Part shown: positions 26,929-32,000 of the stretch, piece after piece
How positions within the stretch are numbered: position 1 is the stretch's first letter
Layout: the number at the start of each line of letters is the position of its first letter
Assembly (NCBI GenBank): GCA_035528495.1
Contig: DATKYM010000042.1
Coordinates: 9,051 to 41,050, forward strand
DNA length: 32,000 nt
Reading direction: 5' to 3'
DNA from: Nitrosopumilaceae archaeon
GTDB lineage: Archaea > Thermoproteota > Nitrososphaeria > Nitrososphaerales > Nitrosopumilaceae
Made by a program: the position numbers and the translations under genes
The notes under the pieces: generated by a model
Database searches by the model: none
Told to the model about the DNA's origin: nothing
What the model saw: the letters and a program-made list of their open reading frames with translations, nothing else

Positions 26929-27980
26929 ACAAAATGAAATCTATTTTTTTTATAATTTTTTGATAATTTGCCTACAATGGGAATCTTGTTTTCACAAAAT
27001 TGACACTGATTTTTTTCATCAAGATTCCATGATTCTATATTAAAACTAAATCTTTTGATGACGATATTTTTACATTCAGGACAGTAAGTGTGTTCTAATG
27101 GATGTCCAGGAACATTTCCGATATAGGCATACTTTAATCCAATTTTTTTGGCAATTTCATGATGTTTTTCCAATGTTTCTACTGGAGTAGAATTAAATTC
27201 CATCATCTTATAATCTGGATGGAAACGCAAAAAGTGGATAGGCATTTCTGGCCCAAATTCATCATAAACAAATTTACATAAATTTTCTGCATACTCTAAA
27301 CTATCCCCAACTTGTGGAACAACCAAATCTGTTATCTCTACGTGAATTTTTGTTTTATCTCTAATTTCTAAAAGTGTATCAAAAACTGGTTGAGGATCAG
27401 GAATCCCAATATATTTTCTTGTAAACTCTGGTTCAGCATTACCTTTGAAATCAACTGTTATAGAATCTAAAAACTCTCCCATCATTTTTACTGATTCTGG
27501 AGTATCGTAGCCATTTGAAACAAAAATATTGTAAAGATTTTTTCGGTGAGCTTCTACGCCACAATCTCTTGCAAATTCTATAAAAATCGACGGTTCATTG
27601 TAGGTATAGGCTATACCATCTGCTCCATTATTTACTGCAGTTTGCACTACCTCTTGTGGAGTCATATCTACACCTTCAATTTTTCTTCTTTGACTGATAT
27701 CATAATTTTGGCAATATTTGCAGAGCCAATTACATCCAGTTGTGGCAATAGAATATACTTTTGAGCCCGGATGATAATGAGTTACAGGTTTTTTTTCAAT
27801 AGGGTCAACATGACCTGCGATCACTTTACCATAAACAAACAGGTCTAATTTTCCATTTTGATTTCCTCGAACTCCACAAAGACCAATTTGTCCTTCCGCC
27901 ATTTCACAATATCTAGCACAAGCTGTACAACGTACCTTATCGTTTGATAATTTTTCATAAAGAATAGCTTCTTTTCCCAC
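26922..27980 (-). CDS. AmmeMemoRadiSam-system-type radical SAM enzyme (PFL-activase-like)
   Basis: N-terminal Cys cluster RCTACARYCEMAEGQIGLCGVR, radical SAM motif GCNWLCKYCQN, and C-terminal zinc-ribbon-like CPEC...CQFC. Confidence 0.8.
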   Translation of the reverse strand: MGKEAILYEKLSNDKVRCTACARYCEMAEGQIGLCGVRGNQNGKLDLFVYGKVIAGHVDPIEKKPVTHYHPGSKVYSIATTGCNWLCKYCQNYDISQRRKIEGVDMTPQEVVQTAVNNGADGIAYTYNEPSIFIEFARDCGVEAHRKNLYNIFVSNGYDTPESVKMMGEFLDSITVDFKGNAEPEFTRKYIGIPDPQPVFDTLLEIRDKTKIHVEITDLVVPQVGDSLEYAENLCKFVYDEFGPEMPIHFLRFHPDYKMMEFNSTPVETLEKHHEIAKKIGLKYAYIGNVPGHPLEHTYCPECKNIVIKRFSFNIESWNLDEKNQCQFCENKIPIVGKLSKNYKKNRFHFVQ

Positions 27981-28063
27981 TTTACATCATACTATCTTTT
28001 TTCTAATATAAGGTCGATGTACTTTTCGCAATACTAAAAATATACAACAAACCTTCATTATAC

Positions 28064-28558
28064 ATGAGTAAACCTGGAAATATGTGGAGAAAAGTCCACG
28101 GAAAAATTACTAAAAGACCCACTAATTTCTCATGGTTAATCGAAGAAAAACTTGCAGGCTCTGGAATACCCACTAGCTTTGATGAATTTGAATGGATTCT
28201 ACAACAGGGAATAAAATCAATAGTAACGATGACAGAAAACCCATTACCTGAAAAATGGATAAATGAAATTGAATATTTGCATGTACCAACACCGGATCTA
28301 ACGGCTCCCGATATGGAAAAAATAGATATGGCAGTTGAATTTATCCATGAAAATATAAAAAACAATCAAGCAGTAATGGTCCATTGTGCAGCTGGGATGG
28401 GAAGAGCAGGAACTATTTTGGCATCTTATCTTGTAAAATATCAAAAATATTCAGCAAAAGATGCGATAACAAAAATACGAAAGGAAAGACCAGGTTCTAT
28501 TCAATCCGAAACACAAGAGTTAGCGATTACTTTTTATCAAAAACATTTAGGAAATTAA
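28064..28558 (+). CDS. Dual-specificity (Cys-based) protein phosphatase
   Basis: Active-site loop VHCAAGMGRAGT (HCx5R[S/T]) and upstream acid-loop candidate PTPDLTAPD. 164 aa. Confidence 0.85.
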   Translation: MSKPGNMWRKVHGKITKRPTNFSWLIEEKLAGSGIPTSFDEFEWILQQGIKSIVTMTENPLPEKWINEIEYLHVPTPDLTAPDMEKIDMAVEFIHENIKNNQAVMVHCAAGMGRAGTILASYLVKYQKYSAKDAITKIRKERPGSIQSETQELAITFYQKHLGN

Positions 28559-28701
28559 ATAAACTCTGAAACTAATTTTCCATCAACCACTCTAATTTTC
28601 AATTTTATATTTTCCTGAAATTCTAAAGTCATCCCTCCTTCAGAATCTGGGTCTTCAACCTTAACCAATTCTGTCATTTTAAGTTGATCAAATTTTGCCA
28701 T
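28555..28701 (-). CDS. Small hypothetical protein (48 aa), paralogue B of a tandem pair; absent from the supplied ORF track
   Basis: My own translation: MAKFDQLKMTELVKVEDPDSEGGMTLEFQENIKLKIRVVDGKLVSEFI. The ATG lies 9 nt after the stop of paralogue A. It shares about 20 of 48 residues with A. Confidence 0.55.
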   Translation of the reverse strand: MAKFDQLKMTELVKVEDPDSEGGMTLEFQENIKLKIRVVDGKLVSEFI

Positions 28702-28710
28702 GTCATTCAC

Positions 28711-28863
28711 CTATTCGGGAATAGATACCGTATCGATTTTACCATCAACTGCCTTTATGAATAAAAATCGGTTATCTTTAAAAATAAAAGTAATTCCACC
28801 TTCCTTGTCAGGTTCTTCAACTTCCAAAATGGGTTGTCCTAAAAGGCCATCATATTTTGCCAT
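28711..28863 (-). CDS. Small hypothetical protein (50 aa), paralogue A of a tandem pair; absent from the supplied ORF track
   Basis: My own translation: MAKYDGLLGQPILEVEEPDKEGGITFIFKDNRFLFIKAVDGKIDTVSIPE. A TATA-like CATATAAG (reverse complement of about 28885-28892) is centred about 26 nt upstream of the ATG, consistent with a leaderless mRNA. Confidence 0.55.
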   Translation of the reverse strand: MAKYDGLLGQPILEVEEPDKEGGITFIFKDNRFLFIKAVDGKIDTVSIPE

Positions 28864-28984
28864 GTAATGTTTCCAAAATAGTTCCTTATATGCCTAATTG
28901 AATTAATTTTTTAATTGAGTTGGAAATTCGTATTAAAAAAAAAGTCTACAAATAAAAGGGATTATTTTTTCATGAAAAATAGAA

Positions 28985-29338
28985 TTGGATCATAACGATT
29001 TATGCCAAAAAATCTTAGAGTTAGTACCTCAAGTTAGGTTTAGTGGCATTTTAAACTCTAGAGGAGATTTAGCCGTTCAAAGTAATCGAAGAGATTCTGG
29101 AAAATTATTGAATGAGGATGAAGTAAAAATGTCTGTACATTATACTTATCAAAGATGGACAAGCATTCAAAATCTTGCTCATAAAATCGGTAAAGAAAAG
29201 ACAAACATTACAGAATTTGAGAAAGTTACTCTAATTAGCCTCCTCCTGAATGACGGAAATCTTCTCTTATTAAGCTCAGAACCCGCTGCTAATTATATGG
29301 AAATAATTTCCAAAGTCAAACAATTAATTCCTAATTAA
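28985..29338 (+). CDS. Hypothetical protein, Roadblock/LC7-like fold (inferred)
   Basis: 117 aa, TTG start. The pattern ILELVPQVRFSGILNSRGDLAV...VTLISLLLNDGNLLLLSSEPAANYMEIISKV resembles the Roadblock/LC7 alpha-beta-alpha layout. Confidence 0.45.
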   Translation: MDHNDLCQKILELVPQVRFSGILNSRGDLAVQSNRRDSGKLLNEDEVKMSVHYTYQRWTSIQNLAHKIGKEKTNITEFEKVTLISLLLNDGNLLLLSSEPAANYMEIISKVKQLIPN

Positions 29339-29439
29339 TAACATATTTTTACAATTAGTATCAGCCAGAATAAGTCAATTGAGCATTATCTAAGTTATTT
29401 TATTCTCAAATTATAAAGTGGTATACAAGTGGGATTATA

Positions 29440-29697
29440 TTGAAAGGACTCTATTGGCTAATTTTAGGAATGTGTGTTTGGTTTATCCCAACTATTATTT
29501 TTCAGATTATTGTTACTTCGGGAGATTCTCAGATATCAGCCGAGGAAGCGGTATCTGATATTCCACGAGAAGTTGTAATTATTTTATTTGGAATAGCACT
29601 TCCAATTATTCTTAAGGGCGTAATTACTATACGAAAAGAAAGAAAAATAGCGAAGAAAGATTCAAAGAACAACAAGAAAAATTTTAAAAAAAAATAA
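29440..29697 (+). CDS. Small membrane protein (2 TM) with Lys-rich tail
   Basis: 85 aa. TM helices LYWLILGMCVWFIPTIIFQIIV and VVIILFGIALPIILKGVITI. Tail KERKIAKKDSKNNKKNFKKK. Start is TTG 29440 or a downstream ATG. Confidence 0.5.
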   Translation: MKGLYWLILGMCVWFIPTIIFQIIVTSGDSQISAEEAVSDIPREVVIILFGIALPIILKGVITIRKERKIAKKDSKNNKKNFKKK

Positions 29698-29834
29698 CTG
29701 TTAAAATTAGTAAAATTTTTTACGTCCTAAAATTAAAAAATAATTAATAAATTTTCCAAAATTTAGAGAAATTTACAATATCATAATTGAGAATCAGATA
29801 GTATAATAAATAAGCACATTTTTTTAATTTCTAT

Positions 29835-30416
29835 ATGAAGAAAATCGAGGCAATAATTAGGAGATCAAGCTATACCATAATAGCTGGCAAATTAAACACA
29901 ATGGGTTACCCAATTATTGATAAACGAAATTTAGAGGATAGCCAAATTTTAGATACCCAAGAAGGATCGCAAGCTGGTGGATCATTTAGAGTAAATACAA
30001 TTCCTCTTTCAAAAATTGAACTAGTTGTAACAGAAAAAGATGCTAGAAAAGTAATTGACCTTATTTCAAAAAATTCTGGATTCACATCGAGTAAAATAGG
30101 AAAAATTTTTGTATCAGAAATGGAAGAAGTTCTAGAAATTGACACACTTGAAAGTACTCAAGATTTAGAACTAGATGAAATTAATATTCCTCAAAAACCC
30201 AAAATCAAACGAAGTAGATTGGTTCCTCTTCAAAAATACACCTTACTTCGCCTTCAAGCTGTTTATGATGAAAACCATGAAACATTAGCCTCAGATCACA
30301 GGATAAAATCATTTAGTGACTTTGTTAATCATTGTATTATGGGGTATCTTCCGTCATTTGAAAAACAACTTAAACATCCTACAGTTGTTTACGGAAATAA
30401 TTTTAGAGAATTTTAG
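29835..30416 (+). CDS. PII-like domain fused to a C-terminal ribbon-helix-helix-like extension
   Basis: Residues 1-102 are PII-like: MKKIEAIIRR..., LSKIELVVTEKDARKVIDLI, B-loop-like SSKIGKIFVSEMEEVLEI, and a non-canonical T-loop EDSQILDTQEGSQAGGSFRVNT. Residues ~125-172, KRSRLVPLQKYTLLRLQAVYDENHETLASDHRIKSFSDFVNHCIMGYL, fit a strand-helix-helix pattern. Confidence 0.65.
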   Translation: MKKIEAIIRRSSYTIIAGKLNTMGYPIIDKRNLEDSQILDTQEGSQAGGSFRVNTIPLSKIELVVTEKDARKVIDLISKNSGFTSSKIGKIFVSEMEEVLEIDTLESTQDLELDEINIPQKPKIKRSRLVPLQKYTLLRLQAVYDENHETLASDHRIKSFSDFVNHCIMGYLPSFEKQLKHPTVVYGNNFREF

Positions 30417-30742
30417 ATAACGCTTTCACCTTCATCACCAGTTGCAATATCTATTGCACGGAGAATAGGTGAAACGAAGATTTTTCCAACACTTCCTTTT
30501 TCTTTAATTATGTTTATCACTTGCTCTTCTTTGCTTTCTGGAACAACTAATTCTATAACATACTTTTCACTGAACTGTGGTCGAAATATGGCACTTCCTT
30601 TTGCAGCATGGATTTCAGGAGGAGGTTTCTTTCCACGACCCCTTACTTTGTTTACAGTCAAACCACCGATCTCAAAAGCCTTTAATGCTTCACTAATTGC
30701 CATTACGTCATTATTTCCAAGGAAGGCTTGAATTCTTATCAT
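30413..30742 (-). CDS. PII (GlnK-like) superfamily protein, divergent from amt, atypical Pro/Lys-rich T-loop
   Basis: 109 aa. MIRIQAFL start, TVNKVRGRGKKPPPEIHAAKGSAIFRPQF T-loop region, B-loop GSVGKIFVSPI. Confidence 0.75.
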   Translation of the reverse strand: MIRIQAFLGNNDVMAISEALKAFEIGGLTVNKVRGRGKKPPPEIHAAKGSAIFRPQFSEKYVIELVVPESKEEQVINIIKEKGSVGKIFVSPILRAIDIATGDEGESVI

Positions 30743-30785
30743 TTAATATGTTTCAAGGTTTTTCACAAATAATAGTTTCAGATTT

Positions 30786-30817
30786 TGATAATCAAGTGAT
30801 AATCAAATAGTTATCAA
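30786..30817. promoter_or_regulatory. Candidate operator in the amt/PII divergent promoter: TGATAATCAA x2 plus TAGTTATCAA at 11-bp phasing, containing the inverted repeat TGATAA-N8-TTATCA
   Basis: Copies at 30786-30795, 30797-30806 and 30808-30817. They are flanked by TATTATTT TATA-like boxes, one for each divergent gene (about 30826-30833 on the plus strand; reverse complement of about 30766-30773). Confidence 0.5.
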
Positions 30818-30858
30818 ACTTCGTTATTATTATTTAGTTTCACCAACTTTGAAAAATA

Positions 30859-32000
30859 TTGCCAATAGATACAGGTGACACCGCATGGATGCTTGTAGCA
30901 GGAAGTCTAGTACTTTTAATGATTCCTGCGCTTGGTCTTTTTGAATCTGGTTTACTTCGAAAGAAAAATGCTGTATCTGTTTTTATGCAAATTTTCTTTG
31001 GTTTAGCATTACTTAGTGTGATGTGGTTCATATTCGGTTTTAGTTTAGCATTTGGTCCTGATGATACCGGTCTTGGATTAATAGGCAACATGGATTGGGT
31101 ATTCCTAAAAGGAGTGCCTTGGAATGAGGCACTAGATTATGCACCGACAATCCCAGGTGTTTTGTTTGTTAAATTTCAGTTAATGTTTGCCGCAATTACA
31201 CCTTTGTTGCTTACAGGAACTATAGCAGAACGAATGAAGTTTAGCTCCTTTATCATATTCATCGCTGCATGGTCAATACTCATCTATTATCCGTTAGTAC
31301 ATTGGGTATGGGGAGGAGGTTGGTTAAGTGCGATAGGTGTTGTAGATTTTGCTGGTGGAATAGTAATCCACACAAGCGTAGGAATGGGTGCACTAGCTGC
31401 TGCAATTGTACTTGGCCGCAGACGATTCTTTGGTCCTGCAATTGAAATTCCACATAGTATCCCACTGGCTGTAGTAGGTTCTTCTCTTCTGTGGTTAGGT
31501 TGGTTTGGATTTAACGCAGGAAGTGCATTAGCTTCAGGTTCTCTTGCAGGAAATACTGTAATTGTAACTCACATGGCCTCTTCAGTTTCTGCATTAATTT
31601 GGGTCGGATTATCTTGGATGAGAACAGGAAAACCATCTGTAGTTGCTGCCGTAAATGGAGCTATTGCAGGTTTAGCAGGAATCACACCAGCATCTGGATA
31701 TGTAAGTGTAGAACACTCATTTATTATCGGAATTGCAATAGGACTTGCATCGTACTCTACAATTATTATCTTCAAGGAAAAGTTGAAAATAGATGATGCA
31801 CTAGATGTTAGCTCTGTTCACGGAACTGCAGGTATTATTGGTGCATTATCAATTGGTATCTTTGCAAGTCAAGCTGTTAACCCAGGAGGGCCAAACGGTT
31901 TACTCTTTGGGAACCCAGATCAATTAGGAATTCAAGCAATTGGAGTGGGAGTTGCAGGAGCATTAGGATTTGGTGGTACTTACATAATTATGAAAATACT
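30859..32000 (+). CDS. amt: Ammonium transporter (Amt/MEP/Rh family), 3' end beyond the window; absent from the supplied ORF track
   Basis: My own translation, open from TTG 30859 to the window end: MPIDTGDTAWMLVAGSLVLLMIPALGLFESGLLRKKN..., VDFAGGIVIHTSVG, LWLGWFGFNAGS, DVSSVHGTAGIIGAL. The conserved DTAWML lies upstream of the first ATG (30889), which supports the TTG start. Confidence 0.92.
   Translation, partial: MPIDTGDTAWMLVAGSLVLLMIPALGLFESGLLRKKNAVSVFMQIFFGLALLSVMWFIFGFSLAFGPDDTGLGLIGNMDWVFLKGVPWNEALDYAPTIPGVLFVKFQLMFAAITPLLLTGTIAERMKFSSFIIFIAAWSILIYYPLVHWVWGGGWLSAIGVVDFAGGIVIHTSVGMGALAAAIVLGRRRFFGPAIEIPHSIPLAVVGSSLLWLGWFGFNAGSALASGSLAGNTVIVTHMASSVSALIWVGLSWMRTGKPSVVAAVNGAIAGLAGITPASGYVSVEHSFIIGIAIGLASYSTIIIFKEKLKIDDALDVSSVHGTAGIIGALSIGIFASQAVNPGGPNGLLFGNPDQLGIQAIGVGVAGALGFGGTYIIMKI

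Noticed and set aside
28003-28365. 120-aa minus-strand ORF
   Set aside because: It is antisense to the phosphatase CDS, which has an unambiguous HCx5R active site. The product has no motif and a hydrophobic, low-complexity composition.
30786-30817. Resemblance of the GATAA/TTATC cores to eukaryotic GATA-factor nitrogen-regulation sites
   Set aside because: This is a coincidence of a short AT-rich core. GATA zinc-finger factors are eukaryotic and none is encoded here. The site is kept only as a generic candidate operator.
30840-31091. 83-aa minus-strand ORF, plus 31280..31465, 31569..31775 and the plus-strand 31599..31796
   Set aside because: All lie within, or out of frame with, the plus-strand amt reading frame. 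That frame translates into textbook Amt motifs from 30859 to the window end.
1-32000. Search for CRISPR arrays, tRNA/rRNA genes, transposases, integrases, toxin-antitoxin or known defence genes
   Set aside because: The only repeats are 2-3 copies of 10-20 bp in promoters, with no regular repeat-spacer array. No GC-rich structured segment stands out from the AT-rich background as a tRNA would. No ORF has DDE, tyrosine or serine recombinase signatures or recognisable defence-protein motifs.

Overview
AT-rich (roughly one-third G+C by eye), gene-dense archaeal chromosome. By inference it comes from a marine ammonia-oxidising thaumarchaeon (Nitrosopumilus-like). Supporting signs are a class I archaeal CCA-adding enzyme, membrane-anchored cupredoxin, several PII paralogues, Amt, short intergenic gaps and TATA-like boxes about 25-30 nt upstream of start codons. 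I support 37 protein-coding genes. I found no rRNA, tRNA, CRISPR array, transposase, integrase or recognisable defence genes. Main blocks: (i) a tRNA end-maturation and repair neighbourhood (thpR-cca-kinase, then prs-trmG10-rnz-cobB). (ii) mscS, a KamA-family radical SAM gene and glnA. (iii) an ArsR-like regulator, a J-domain/beta-helix protein and a Cache-HAMP-class III cyclase receptor. (iv) secreted copper and surface proteins. (v) an accessory-looking stretch with a degenerate RecA-like protein, class V aminotransferase, RAM-domain protein, cyclase-family hydrolase, AmmeMemoRadiSam-type radical SAM, dual-specificity phosphatase, two tandem small paralogous ORFs absent from the supplied ORF track, and a Roadblock-like protein. 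(vi) a nitrogen-sensing locus ending in a 3'-truncated amt, also absent from the ORF track. The best candidate for an undescribed system is at 29.8-32.0 kb. It comprises a PII domain fused to a ribbon-helix-helix-like tail, a divergent PII paralogue, and an amt/PII divergent promoter carrying 11-bp-phased TGATAATCAA repeats with an embedded inverted repeat. All family assignments rest on motifs read by eye; no database search was run.
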